A stretch of 56,870 nt of DNA from positions 1-56,870 of the forward strand of contig JAYUUM010000032.1 in the NCBI GenBank assembly GCA_043754555.1, read 5' to 3'. The stretch comes from Arenimonas sp. (GTDB taxonomy: Bacteria > Pseudomonadota > Gammaproteobacteria > Xanthomonadales > Xanthomonadaceae). The translations under genes and the position numbers were made by a program. Of the stretch, positions 46,503 to 56,427 are shown piece by piece (positions within the stretch are counted from its first letter, which is position 1; each line of letters opens with the position of its first letter). The notes beneath the pieces were generated by a model, which ran no database searches, had not been told where the DNA came from, and saw only the letters and a program-made list of their open reading frames with translations.

Positions 46503-47618
46503 TTATTGAATTACTAATTCGCCATCCAGGGCACCGGCAGCCTTGATGGATTGAAGTACGGCAATCACGTCACGTGTTGGCAAGCGGATACTGCGCAATG
46601 CAGCAAGCAAATCTGCCACCGTGGCGCCTTCAGGCACTCCGACCAAAGGTGCGGGGCCTTCAAGTACTTTTATCTTGGTACTTGGCACGACTGCGGTTTG
46701 TATTCCACTCGACGGCCTGACCAGTACGCCACCGGGTTGCGACACGTTGTATTCGGTTGAAATCTCGACACGCAAATCGCCTTGCGAAATACTCACACGA
46801 CCTAAACGCACGTCACCACCAGCGACTACCGTGCCTGTACGTTCATTCACGACAACACGTGCTTTCCGTTCCGGCCTTACCTGGACGTTTTCTATACGGG
46901 CAATTTCTGCCACGACATTTTCAGGTGCTGACGAATACGACACGGTAATTTTTCCCGCATGCTCGGCACGGGCATTGATGCCAGGCAATGAAGATTGCAG
47001 CGCCGAGACAATGCGATTGGCCATCGTAAAATCAGGTTCATTCAACAAAATACTTAATTGCTGTCCGCTCCCGACAATACTGATCGGCGGCGCTTGCTCG
47101 ACCGTTGCGCCAGATGGCACAACACCCACCGTAGGATGATTTTTTTGAACCGAAGAAGTGGGGCCTTCAAATTGATACCCGCCAACGGAAATCGCACCTT
47201 GTGCAATCGCATACAGGCGACCATCAGGACCCATCAATGGGGTCAGCATCAATGTCCCGCCATTAAGACTGCGGGCATCACCCGAAGATGACACTTGAAC
47301 ATCGAGTGGCTGACCCGGCTCTGCGAAGGCAGGTAATTTTGCGGTGACAATAACTGCTGCGACGTTTCGGCTCGACAGATCTTCCATCGATACATTGACG
47401 CCGTAAGTACGAAGCGTATTGGCAACCGATTGCAAGGTCGCACGATTACGAGCACTGTCGCCCGAACCAGAAAGTCCGAACACCAGGCCATAACCGGTCA
47501 AAGGGTTTTCACGCACGCCTGCTACGCGAGCAATTTCTTTCAGACGAACGTTGTTCGCTTGTTGTGCCAAGAGTGGATTGGCCAGCAGAACTAGAAATAA
47601 AAGCGCTATCTTTTTCAT
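46503..47618 (-). CDS. flgI: P-ring protein FlgI
   Basis: RLKEIA..GVRENPLTGYGLVFGL.G.GD, NVAAV.VTA, SL.GG.L..TPL, VVVNERTGTVV and AGAL. Confidence 0.95.
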   Translation of the reverse strand: MKKIALLFLVLLANPLLAQQANNVRLKEIARVAGVRENPLTGYGLVFGLSGSGDSARNRATLQSVANTLRTYGVNVSMEDLSSRNVAAVIVTAKLPAFAEPGQPLDVQVSSSGDARSLNGGTLMLTPLMGPDGRLYAIAQGAISVGGYQFEGPTSSVQKNHPTVGVVPSGATVEQAPPISIVGSGQQLSILLNEPDFTMANRIVSALQSSLPGINARAEHAGKITVSYSSAPENVVAEIARIENVQVRPERKARVVVNERTGTVVAGGDVRLGRVSISQGDLRVEISTEYNVSQPGGVLVRPSSGIQTAVVPSTKIKVLEGPAPLVGVPEGATVADLLAALRSIRLPTRDVIAVLQSIKAAGALDGELVIQ

Positions 47619-48208
47619 AGCAGCCCCAGCCAGGTGAATACACGCGATATCAAACTTTTTCTTTGCGCTTCACTGACGATGCCCTCGCCTGCCAGTGAAA
47701 CCTGGGCATCGGCAATGCGGGTTGACCAGACAATATTGCCAGCGGAAATATCTTCCGGACGCACCAAACCACTCAGGGTAATTTTTTGCTGTTCTTTATT
47801 GACCTCAAGAATCTGCGTGCCGCTGATGCGCATTAAGCCATTGGCTTCCACGGCTTCAACTCTAACTGTGAGTTGGGCACGAAGTTCACCGATTCGACTG
47901 GTCTGAGCCGCACCTTTGGACTTGCCCTGCAAAACAATGCTGCCATTGTAGTTAGTTGATGGCGTGCTTAAATCGGCAGCAAAACCGCTAGAGCGATCCG
48001 AATCGGTGGCCGCTTGCGAACGCGCACGTGTCGTTTCGAGCACATACACCGTCAAGATATCGCCTACACGATAAGCACGCTGATCCGCAGCCGGGCCACG
48101 GAATGAGGCTGGATTAATCAAGCTTTGGCTCGATTGTGCATACGCTAGCGTTGCGACAGACAAGCTGAGCAACACTGCCGTGACACGAAAAATAAGTTTA
48201 GTTTTCAA
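47615..48208 (-). CDS. flgH: L-ring protein FlgH, non-lipoprotein form
   Basis: DQRAYRVGDILTV, LSGLVRPEDI and STRIADA; TTG start 48208 with AGGTGG RBS; no Cys. Confidence 0.88.
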   Translation of the reverse strand: MKTKLIFRVTAVLLSLSVATLAYAQSSQSLINPASFRGPAADQRAYRVGDILTVYVLETTRARSQAATDSDRSSGFAADLSTPSTNYNGSIVLQGKSKGAAQTSRIGELRAQLTVRVEAVEANGLMRISGTQILEVNKEQQKITLSGLVRPEDISAGNIVWSTRIADAQVSLAGEGIVSEAQRKSLISRVFTWLGLL

Positions 48209-48902
48209 TGACCACCACCTGTTTGGAAACCACACGCGCACGCACCGGTTGGGCGGCATTCGTGGGTAATACTTGAATCATCTGGCCAACGTCGGCATCA
48301 CCGAGCGCACGACCTGCAACCGACAAATGTACAGAGCCATTATTTGTTTCTACTCGCACTAGCTGTTGAGCCTGAATTGTCGGAATCAATTCAAAATCAT
48401 CCGCCTGTATTGCATGACCCATACTGACTGCACGTTTCAGACGCATACCCGAAAAAATATCCAGCGAGGTAATGGCCTTGCCTTTTGTCCTTGCCAAATC
48501 AATTTGTCCAGCTTTGACACTAAGCTGCTCGGTGAGAACTGCCTTGTTGTGATTTTTTGTATACACAAGCCCGGCATGAGGCGCCGTCACCGAAAACCAG
48601 ACAGTGACTGTCGATATTGCTTTGTCGGCCACAAAAACCTGTACCGGAATACCAATGCGAGGTCGCAACCAGCCGGACTTCGGAGCGCTAACTTTTATCG
48701 TTGACTGCCGATCATTACTCAACTGCACATCGTTGATATGTCCCACCAACGTAAACCGTGCCGGAATATTTTCTTCCTTGGCTTTCGTTTCCAGCCACTG
48801 TGCTGCAGCCGCAGTAATATCTGCTGCTGGAACGCGTGCGCGTTCGCTTGCCAATACCGGCAATACAAATAACACGAGCGCAAAGGTGAGTAGAAATTTC
48901 AT
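48198..48902 (-). CDS. flgA: P-ring chaperone FlgA
   Basis: Signal peptide; SAF-like region; GRALGDADVGQMIQV; between flgG and flgH. Confidence 0.85.
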   Translation of the reverse strand: MKFLLTFALVLFVLPVLASERARVPAADITAAAAQWLETKAKEENIPARFTLVGHINDVQLSNDRQSTIKVSAPKSGWLRPRIGIPVQVFVADKAISTVTVWFSVTAPHAGLVYTKNHNKAVLTEQLSVKAGQIDLARTKGKAITSLDIFSGMRLKRAVSMGHAIQADDFELIPTIQAQQLVRVETNNGSVHLSVAGRALGDADVGQMIQVLPTNAAQPVRARVVSKQVVVIEN

Positions 48903-48908
48903 CTTCAA

Positions 48909-49691
48909 TTAACGACGCAGATTATTGATGGTTTCTAGGATTTGATCCGCCGCTTGCAGAACACGGGCGTTCAATTGGTAAGCGCGTTGCGCCATGACCA
49001 GGTTCGTCATTTCGTCGATTAAGTCGACATTGGCCAATTCCAGATAACCCTGCTGCAATCTGCCGACGCCTATATCACCGGGCTTGCCGAAACTGGGAGC
49101 CCCGGAACTCTCCGTGGCTGTAAACATATTTCCGCCGACGGTCTGCAGAGCATCGCTGGCGGCAAAAGTGGTGAGCTCGATGGCACCAATTTGCGAGCGC
49201 CCGCTATCATTGCCGAGGCGGGCGCTGATCTCGCCAGTCTGCGAAATTCTTAGACCAATTGCATCGGGTGGAATCTGGATGCCCTGCGAAAGACGCATAC
49301 CATTGACCGACACCAGATAACCTTCCTGATCAATGCGGAATTGACCGGCACGGGTATACAGCTTCTCGCCTTCGGCATTTTCAAGTTCAAAAAAACCGTT
49401 GCCTTCAATGGCGAGATCCGTCACGTTGGTGTATTCCGAGACACTTTGTGTCGGTCGCGTTTCGCCCGGACTGAATACTGACATGGTGGACAAGATGCGT
49501 GTGCCGCCACCGCTAAATTGCGGATTAGTCGCGTTCTGCACTTCACCGTTGATGCCTGAAATTTCCGCGAAATTTACCCGGCTTTTCTTGAAACCAGGCG
49601 TCTGCATGTTGGCTACATTATTCGAAATCACGTCAATCTGTTCTTGCTGACTGCGAAGACCCGTCGCAGAAATATATAGTGCGTCAATCAT
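48909..49691 (-). CDS. flgG: Distal rod protein FlgG
   Basis: 260 aa; ALYISATGL..QQ..IDVISNNVAN.QTPGFK, DLAIEGNGFF and LELANVD...AQRAY. Confidence 0.93.
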   Translation of the reverse strand: MIDALYISATGLRSQQEQIDVISNNVANMQTPGFKKSRVNFAEISGINGEVQNATNPQFSGGGTRILSTMSVFSPGETRPTQSVSEYTNVTDLAIEGNGFFELENAEGEKLYTRAGQFRIDQEGYLVSVNGMRLSQGIQIPPDAIGLRISQTGEISARLGNDSGRSQIGAIELTTFAASDALQTVGGNMFTATESSGAPSFGKPGDIGVGRLQQGYLELANVDLIDEMTNLVMAQRAYQLNARVLQAADQILETINNLRR

Positions 49692-49703
49692 TGTATTGCT
49701 CCC

Positions 49704-50381
49704 TTAATTTTCGCCGATGCGGTTGATGCCTGTTTCCATGGCTTTGTCATAAACTGAAATGGCACGCTGCAAGGACTCCACATGCCGCGTAAGTTCCATC
49801 AGACGGATAGACTCATCGGCTGCATCGACATTCGCGTGTTCAACAGCGCCTTGTTGAACAGCACCCTTCCATTCGGTCAATTTGCCTTTGTAGCGAAAGG
49901 CGCCATCGAGCGGGATCAATTGCGTGGCATCTTCTATGTCCACCAGCTTTAACTTGCCCAGCAAACGGTCCTTCGCCCAAAGCTGGCCTTTGTCATCAAT
50001 ACGTACCGATGTATCGGTCAGAATAATTTCACCGGCCTCGGTCAGCACCTTGTCGCCCTGGCCATTCACCAGACGGCTTTCTGCATCCAAGCGAAAGTTA
50101 CCTGCACGCGACAACAGCGTTTCGCCATTGCGTTCGATACTGAAAAAGCCTTTGCCACGCAAGGCCAGATCAAATGTGCCGCTGGTATTGGAAAGTGCAC
50201 CGTCAGTCATATCATAGGCAACCGTGGTGCCGCCACTTCCCACCTGCGATTGAAAGCTCGGCAACGTTCTTTCTGCACGAAATCCCGGTGTATTGATGTT
50301 TGCAATATTGTGGCTAATGGTATTGAGCGTGCTGATATCGGCACTCAAGGATCGGCTTATGGATTGAATGGTATCGGTCAT
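49704..50381 (-). CDS. flgF: Rod protein FlgF
   Basis: SHNIANINTPGFR, DLALRGKGFF, SRAGNF and QGAVEHANVD; upstream of flgG. Confidence 0.85.
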   Translation of the reverse strand: MTDTIQSISRSLSADISTLNTISHNIANINTPGFRAERTLPSFQSQVGSGGTTVAYDMTDGALSNTSGTFDLALRGKGFFSIERNGETLLSRAGNFRLDAESRLVNGQGDKVLTEAGEIILTDTSVRIDDKGQLWAKDRLLGKLKLVDIEDATQLIPLDGAFRYKGKLTEWKGAVQQGAVEHANVDAADESIRLMELTRHVESLQRAISVYDKAMETGINRIGEN

Positions 50382-50388
50382 TTTTTTC

Positions 50389-52449
50389 TCATTGTGTTGC
50401 AGTCATGCCGACTGCTGCAAAAGATCGAACAACAGCCGTCGTCGGTACTTCGTTCAAGCCCACGACTGACACATAAGGTAAAGAGCGCTGAACCAGGCTA
50501 CGCAATGGACGGCGTATCGGCGAAGGGCACAACAACACCGGCTGCAAACTTTTTCCCATCATGGTTTCGGCTTGTCGTGCCAGATTTTTTATAAACGTAT
50601 CCAGCTGGGCCATTTCGGAGAACATCGGCGATTTGTTTTCGGTGCTTCGCAAATTCCCCAGCAAGCTTCGTTCAACATCGGGCGACAGCGTCAGAACATG
50701 CATCTCGCCTCGCGCATCGCTAAGTTTTTGACAAATGCTCGATCCTAATTTTTCACGCACGCGTTCTGCCAAATCTTCGGCTGATTTAGTCGTCTTGCCT
50801 GCATCAACTAGGGCTTCGAGTACCGCTTCCATATTGCGAATATTCACTTGCTCTTTGAGCAGGAGTTGCAACACTTTCTGAATTTCGGAAAATGACAGAA
50901 CATTCGGAACCAGCTCGTCAATCAACGAGCCATGCTGCTCGCGGATACGATTCACCAGTCGCTCAGTTTCCGCACGTGTCAACAAATCGGGCGCATAGCG
51001 TTTGATAATTTCACCAAAATGCGTCATCAATACGGTGTCTGGATCAACAAGGGTGTAGCCTGCGCTGCGTGCATATTGCCGCTGATCCTTTTCTATCCAC
51101 AGTGCCGGCAAGCCATAAGCGGGATCCTGCGTTTCAACGCCGTCCAGTTTTGGCCGTTGTCCGCCGGGATTAATTGCAAGGATTCGATCTGTTTGCAACT
51201 CACCTGCACCAACGCGATTACCTTGCACCAGCAACTCGTAATTATTTTCCAGCAGGTCTACCCGCGGACCCAGATGTACCTTGGGCAAAATAAAGCCGTA
51301 ATCCTGGGCGAATTGCCGACGCAAATTAGAAATGCGATCACTAAAATCCGAACCTTCGCCCAACAAGGCACCGGCCAGAGCGGAACTCAGGCTGACTTCA
51401 ATCGGCTCAATCCGCATGAGCTGCTGCAACTCGTCTTGGGGTTTTGCTTTTTTATCTTCGATGGCTTCGGACGCTTCCACATCCTTGTCTGCGCCCTTGC
51501 GCGAGATGTAGAACACCATTGCCGCCACACCAATTAATACCAGAAGCACGGGGAATGCCGGAAAGCCTGGCATTAGCATCATAGCCAGCAAGGCAATCGC
51601 CACGACCACAAGGGCACGCGGATTGGACAATACCTGCCTTGGAATTTCCTTGCTAAGCTGTGCATCGGCGGCGGCGCGAGTAATCAGAATACCGGTCGCA
51701 ACCGCAATAACCAGCGATGGAATTTGGGTGACGATGCCGTCACCAATCGTCAATAGCGTGAAGCGCTGAACGGCTTCGGCCCATGGCATCCCCATCTGTG
51801 CAATACCCACCGCGAGTCCGGCAGTAATATTGATCAAAATGATGATGATGCCGGCAATGGCATCACCTTTCACGAACTTGGTAGCACCGTCCATTGCGCC
51901 GTAAAAGCTGGCTTCTTTTTCGACCATGGCGCGACGACGACGGGCTTCATGCTCGTCAATCAAGCCCATATTCATATCGGCATCAATACTCATTTGCTTG
52001 CCGGGCATGCTGTCGAGCGTAAACCGTGCCGCAACTTCGGCAACACGCTGGGCACCATTGGTCACCACAACGTACTGCACAACAACCAGAATAAGAAACA
52101 CCACCAGGCCAACGACATAATTACCGCCGACCATGAAAGAACCAATCGCGTTGATGACGCGACCTGCATCGCCACCTTCCAGAATCAGACGCGTGGCCGA
52201 TACGTTCAAGGCCAAGCGGAACAGCGTTGCCAGCAACAAAATGGTGGGGAAAGTGGAAAACTGTAGTGGTGTTTCCGTGAAAAACGTTGCCAGCAGAATC
52301 AACAACGCAAGGGTGATGTTCACCACCAGCAGAAAATCAAGAAAGGGCGAAGGAATCGGCGTGAACAGTACCATCAGAATACTGATCATCAGCCCGACCA
52401 GAGCCAGATCACGTTTACCGGACCACAGCTGCATCATGAGTTCTTTCAT
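50389..52449 (-). CDS. flhA: Export protein FlhA
   Basis: RVAEVAARFTLDSMPGKQMSIDAD and FYGAMDGATKFVKGDAIAG. Confidence 0.96.
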   Translation of the reverse strand: MKELMMQLWSGKRDLALVGLMISILMVLFTPIPSPFLDFLLVVNITLALLILLATFFTETPLQFSTFPTILLLATLFRLALNVSATRLILEGGDAGRVINAIGSFMVGGNYVVGLVVFLILVVVQYVVVTNGAQRVAEVAARFTLDSMPGKQMSIDADMNMGLIDEHEARRRRAMVEKEASFYGAMDGATKFVKGDAIAGIIIILINITAGLAVGIAQMGMPWAEAVQRFTLLTIGDGIVTQIPSLVIAVATGILITRAAADAQLSKEIPRQVLSNPRALVVVAIALLAMMLMPGFPAFPVLLVLIGVAAMVFYISRKGADKDVEASEAIEDKKAKPQDELQQLMRIEPIEVSLSSALAGALLGEGSDFSDRISNLRRQFAQDYGFILPKVHLGPRVDLLENNYELLVQGNRVGAGELQTDRILAINPGGQRPKLDGVETQDPAYGLPALWIEKDQRQYARSAGYTLVDPDTVLMTHFGEIIKRYAPDLLTRAETERLVNRIREQHGSLIDELVPNVLSFSEIQKVLQLLLKEQVNIRNMEAVLEALVDAGKTTKSAEDLAERVREKLGSSICQKLSDARGEMHVLTLSPDVERSLLGNLRSTENKSPMFSEMAQLDTFIKNLARQAETMMGKSLQPVLLCPSPIRRPLRSLVQRSLPYVSVVGLNEVPTTAVVRSFAAVGMTATQ

Positions 52450-53519
52450 AATGCTGCCACCGTTTTTTTCTGGCTAAACAACCAACGATAAATCGGCGCC
52501 AGCTTGGCATAGAGCTTTTCCGGCACCGGCGAATCGATTTCGCATTCGCGATAAAGCGCACGCGCCAGTAAAGGTGAGCGCATTATTGGCACCCCGTTAC
52601 GGCTTGCTACCTCGCGAATGCGTGCACTCAGGAATCCGGCGCCTTTCGCCAGGATGATCGGGGCTCGCATCGTCGCCGGGCGATACTGTATTGCCACGGC
52701 AAAATGGGTCGGATTGGTAATAATCACGTCAGCTTCCGCCGCCTTGTTTACAGCGCGTGCTTTTTTCAGCAAATCGCGAATTAGGCGTTTTTGTTTTGAT
52801 TTGACTTCGGGGTCGCCATCACGACTTTTATACTCGTCTCGCAAATCGCGACGACTCATGCGCATCTTCTTCATGTAGTCGCGCCGCGTCATCAGAAAAT
52901 CCAGGATTGCGCTGAGGCCGATAATGAGCAACACATAAAGCGAGGCTTTGGTAAATGCTTTCAAGGCCAGCATCGGGATGTACTGCGGCGAAGTTGCCGC
53001 GACACTCTCTACTAGCTCCTGCATCTGGCCATAAACGACGTAACACAGAATCCCCAGCATGACCATTTTCAAAAACATCTTGCCCAGCTCCCAGAGCGTT
53101 TTCATCGAGAACAAGCGCTTTACCGTTTGCATCGGATTAAGACGTTTGAAATCAGGCGTAATGGGGTGTGTTGAAAAAATGGGTCCGGTTTGCATTACGT
53201 TCACGACAATCGAAACCACGATCAATGCCAGTGCAAGTGGTGTCAACGATTGCAATACCGGGAAATAGGTTTCCTGAAACCATGCCAGGAGCCCTTTCCC
53301 TATCATGGGCTTGGCGCCCGCCAGTGAAAGGGTTTGTTGCGTAGCCTGGGCGAGTGACTGCATTACCCAGCTAGCCGTCATCGCAATGGTCACCGCGAAA
53401 GCCATCATGACGGCGGTGCCGGTGACATCGGCACTTTTGGCGACTTCGCCTCGCTTGCGCGCTTCCTCAAGCTTGTAGGAGGTCGGCTCTTCGGTTTTGT
53501 CTTGATCTTCAGTCGCCAT
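52446..53519 (-). CDS. flhB: Export switch protein FlhB
   Basis: KTEEPT..KL..AR..G.V.KS, EYK..DGDP and the NPTH autocleavage site. Confidence 0.95.
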   Translation of the reverse strand: MATEDQDKTEEPTSYKLEEARKRGEVAKSADVTGTAVMMAFAVTIAMTASWVMQSLAQATQQTLSLAGAKPMIGKGLLAWFQETYFPVLQSLTPLALALIVVSIVVNVMQTGPIFSTHPITPDFKRLNPMQTVKRLFSMKTLWELGKMFLKMVMLGILCYVVYGQMQELVESVAATSPQYIPMLALKAFTKASLYVLLIIGLSAILDFLMTRRDYMKKMRMSRRDLRDEYKSRDGDPEVKSKQKRLIRDLLKKARAVNKAAEADVIITNPTHFAVAIQYRPATMRAPIILAKGAGFLSARIREVASRNGVPIMRSPLLARALYRECEIDSPVPEKLYAKLAPIYRWLFSQKKTVAAL

Positions 53520-53522
53520 AAG

Positions 53523-54299
53523 TCAGGTTCCGAAAACCGCAGGTACACGCGCGAACGCTTCCTGATAGAGCCGACCAATCAAGGTTGGAAAAAAAGGCAG
53601 TGTCATTGCCAATAACAGAAATGCGATGGCAACCTTGAGCGGCAGCGCCAGAAAATAGACGTTTGCCTGTGGCATAGAACGCGTGGCATAGGCAACGCCG
53701 ATGTCCACCGCGAACAGCCCCAGAATGACCGGCGCCATAATGCTGAGCCCTAGCAAAAAACTGCTGCCAACCATCAAAAGAAATGCATCAAAATCCAGAT
53801 GGATGCTCATTGCACCCAGTGGCATTACTTGCACGCTGGCCGTCAGCATCTGAAATAAAAGCAAATGCAGATCAAGCGTAAAAAACAAAATGACTGCTGC
53901 CAGCATGACAATAGTGCCAAGCATGGATTCAGGTTCGTGCTGGCCTGCCGGATTGAATAATGCAGCAGCACTCAAACCAGCTTGCATGTCCGCTAGACGT
54001 GCCGATAGCCCAATGGCAGCATTGGGCAACATAACGGCAAGAGCGAACGTAAGCCCGAGTAATAATTCTCCCGCGCAGGCCAATACTAGACCCATCGGCT
54101 GATGCCACGCATCGCGAAACGCAATCAGCGGCGATGACAACAGCGTTAACCAAGTAAGTGCAAACAGCAGAGCTATCCTCACCGTGCCAGGAGCCCAACT
54201 AAACGGGGTCAGCGACGGAATTACCATGACCGGTAAATAGCGCAAGGAGGCAAACAGGCCCATTAGCGCCAGCGTTTGCAATTCGGTTAGGATATTCAC
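53523..54299 (-). CDS. fliR: Export gate protein FliR
   Basis: 258-aa hydrophobic protein; GELLLG, DMQAG and RSMPQ.NV...LPLK. Confidence 0.92.
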   Translation of the reverse strand: MNILTELQTLALMGLFASLRYLPVMVIPSLTPFSWAPGTVRIALLFALTWLTLLSSPLIAFRDAWHQPMGLVLACAGELLLGLTFALAVMLPNAAIGLSARLADMQAGLSAAALFNPAGQHEPESMLGTIVMLAAVILFFTLDLHLLLFQMLTASVQVMPLGAMSIHLDFDAFLLMVGSSFLLGLSIMAPVILGLFAVDIGVAYATRSMPQANVYFLALPLKVAIAFLLLAMTLPFFPTLIGRLYQEAFARVPAVFGT

Positions 54300-54559
54300 A
54301 GCGATGCGGCCGTTTCAAACAAGTGTTTTGCTAATTCAACCAGTGTGGCCATCATCCAGCCGCCCAGTACGATGCAGATAAGTGCAACCACAATCAGTTT
54401 CGGCACGAAGGTGAGGGTCATTTCCTGAATTTGCGTTACTACTTGCAGGATAGAAATCAACAAGCCGACCACCAGCGTTATGATCAAAAACGGCGCAGAA
54501 ATTTTAATGGCAGCCATCAAAGCCTCTGTCAAAAAACGCATGGCAGTATCGGCGTCCAT
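54296..54559 (-). CDS. fliQ: Export gate protein FliQ
   Basis: VGLLISILQVVTQIQEMTLTFVPK; start ATG 54559. Confidence 0.95.
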   Translation of the reverse strand: MDADTAMRFLTEALMAAIKISAPFLIITLVVGLLISILQVVTQIQEMTLTFVPKLIVVALICIVLGGWMMATLVELAKHLFETAASL

Positions 54560-54560
54560 G

Positions 54561-55730
54561 TCAGATGGCTTTTTGTGTAAAGCGTGCACGCAAATTTTTC
54601 GCAAACTCGCGAACATCCACATTCATAGGCAATTTTGTCTGATGCAACAGATCCGCCAATTGCGAATCGGCTTCATTGAACTGGCCGGCATCTGCCAGCA
54701 ACAAGGTTCTAGCGTAGTGCGCTGTTACGCATTGCGGATTCAAACGTAAAGCGCGCTTGATCGCCTGTTCTGCTTCCTCGTTACGACCTTTGAGCGCATG
54801 AATCAATGCAAGCCCGCCATGCGAGTCGGCGAAATTACGATCAAGATCGTAACCACTTTGGTAACTCTTCTCGGCCGCCTCAATATTACCCAACAATAAT
54901 TCAGTCCAAGCCAATGCATGCCAGGTACCAATATGGTCAGGCATCGCAATCACCGCCATGTGCAACTGCTCGCGTGCATCGGGCAATCTATTGAGCAACA
55001 TCATTACTTGACCATAACCAGAACGGGCGCGACCGGAATTGGGATGGCGGTCCAACGCACGCACAAAATAGTCGCCAGCGCTTGCAATATCCTGGCGCCA
55101 TAAACTTATCGTACCCGCTACCAGCAAAGCTTCATGCTGCTCTGGATAGAACGAGAGGCATTTTGTTGCTGTGTCAAAAGCCATATCTTGTTGGTCGGAA
55201 TCCAGATAGGCCAATGCTTGCAGCCCCATCGCTGCTGGATGCTCAGGAGCAAGACTCAGGGCTTTGTTTAACTCGGCATGGGCAAGTTCGAAATTGCCAT
55301 CCATCAATGCAACACGCCCAGCCACGATACTCAGCTCTGCGTTATCACCATAGCGGTTTACCGCCTCCGTAATCGCCTGGGTAGCGTCTGTTGTATTTCT
55401 CAAGCAAAGATAGCTAAACGCCAGATCATGCCATAAGGCGACATTGTCATGCCCTTGCTCTATTAGGGACTTCAATACGTTGATCGAGTCTTCATAACGA
55501 CCAAGAATCAAACTGATTCGAGCACATCGAAATGCGACACCAGGTGCATTGAGCACGTCGGCATCGAGAGTTTTTATTAATTGGTCTGCTTCATGATATT
55601 GCGCCATTGAAATATAGGCGTCCGTCAAGTCACAGACCAGCAATGCATTCGCCGGGTCTGCTGCCAGATAAGACTTTAAACGACTTATTTGTTTTAACGT
55701 CGCGTCCATTACAGTCTCAAAGCTTGCCAC
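54561..55730 (-). CDS. Tetratricopeptide repeat protein
   Basis: Multiple TPR units (AL.L.PEHP, AL.RHPNS, AL.LNP); stop 1 bp before the fliQ start; start at 55730 or 55709. Confidence 0.88.
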   Translation of the reverse strand: MASFETVMDATLKQISRLKSYLAADPANALLVCDLTDAYISMAQYHEADQLIKTLDADVLNAPGVAFRCARISLILGRYEDSINVLKSLIEQGHDNVALWHDLAFSYLCLRNTTDATQAITEAVNRYGDNAELSIVAGRVALMDGNFELAHAELNKALSLAPEHPAAMGLQALAYLDSDQQDMAFDTATKCLSFYPEQHEALLVAGTISLWRQDIASAGDYFVRALDRHPNSGRARSGYGQVMMLLNRLPDAREQLHMAVIAMPDHIGTWHALAWTELLLGNIEAAEKSYQSGYDLDRNFADSHGGLALIHALKGRNEEAEQAIKRALRLNPQCVTAHYARTLLLADAGQFNEADSQLADLLHQTKLPMNVDVREFAKNLRARFTQKAI

Positions 55731-55852
55731 TTCGAACTAAAAGCTAAACTTTTGGCCCGTCGTAGGGATTGTGAAGGATATGTGGGCTCATCTACATGAA
55801 CCACCACTATTCCATTGACTGCGAATCTAGCGGTCATTGACGCGTTCCGCTA

Positions 55853-55972
55853 CTGTCAACATTGGCAGTGGTCGTGTGCTGTGTCGCCTAGCAAGCGCAC
55901 AGATTCAATAATTAGGTAGGCTGAGTCCTTAAAAACTAAGCACTTGTAATCAGTACCTGTCAATACTGACAG
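55853..55972. promoter_or_regulatory. Two CTGTCA-N4-TGACAG palindromes upstream of the TPR-fliQ...fliA operon
   Basis: ctgtca-acat-tggcag (55853-55868) and perfect ctgtca-atac-tgacag (55957-55972), 104 bp apart. Confidence 0.6.
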
Positions 55973-56041
55973 GCATGGCTTTTTGGTAAGTTATCTTAAA
56001 TTATCAAATATGCAGCGAGCATCAGTGGCTGCACTTTAATT

Positions 56042-56419
56042 TCATCGTTTTAGATCCTGGAGCAACTTAAGAAAGTTTTCTTGATTTGCTGGATGTTTTT
56101 CAATGGCCTGATCTATTGCCTGAAGCATAGGCTGCCATTCAGAGTGTTCTCGCAACTCTGGGCCATATTTCCATAACAAAATGCTGCGAATTACCAGAGG
56201 ACGAATAGATTCCACCGCAGCCTTATCTTCGATTGAGATGTTCTTGGCAAGATCAGCCAATTGCTGGCGAAGCTCCTTAACATCTGCTCGCTTCACTATT
56301 TTCGCTTCTTCGCCAGCGGCACCAAGAGGTTTGCTTCGAGCGCGATCAATCTTGCCGCCCGAACCTTCTCGCAATACCGCTATTAATGAGGCGACTGAAT
56401 TGAGTTTATCAATGGACAT
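56042..56419 (-). CDS. Hypothetical helical protein associated with the flagellar-like cluster
   Basis: 125-aa ORF directly after the TPR gene on the same strand. Confidence 0.75.
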   Translation of the reverse strand: MSIDKLNSVASLIAVLREGSGGKIDRARSKPLGAAGEEAKIVKRADVKELRQQLADLAKNISIEDKAAVESIRPLVIRSILLWKYGPELREHSEWQPMLQAIDQAIEKHPANQENFLKLLQDLKR

Positions 56420-56427
56420 GGTTGAGC

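Noticed and set aside
35587-55730. Injectisome (non-flagellar T3SS)
   Set aside because: It has flagellum-specific FlgB/C/F/G/E/D/H/I/A, FliE and FliO, and lacks secretin, needle and translocon genes.
55956-55973. CCTGTCA-ATAC-TGACAGG as an intrinsic terminator
   Set aside because: No U-tract follows on the transcribed (minus) strand, and the same motif recurs in other intergenic regions.
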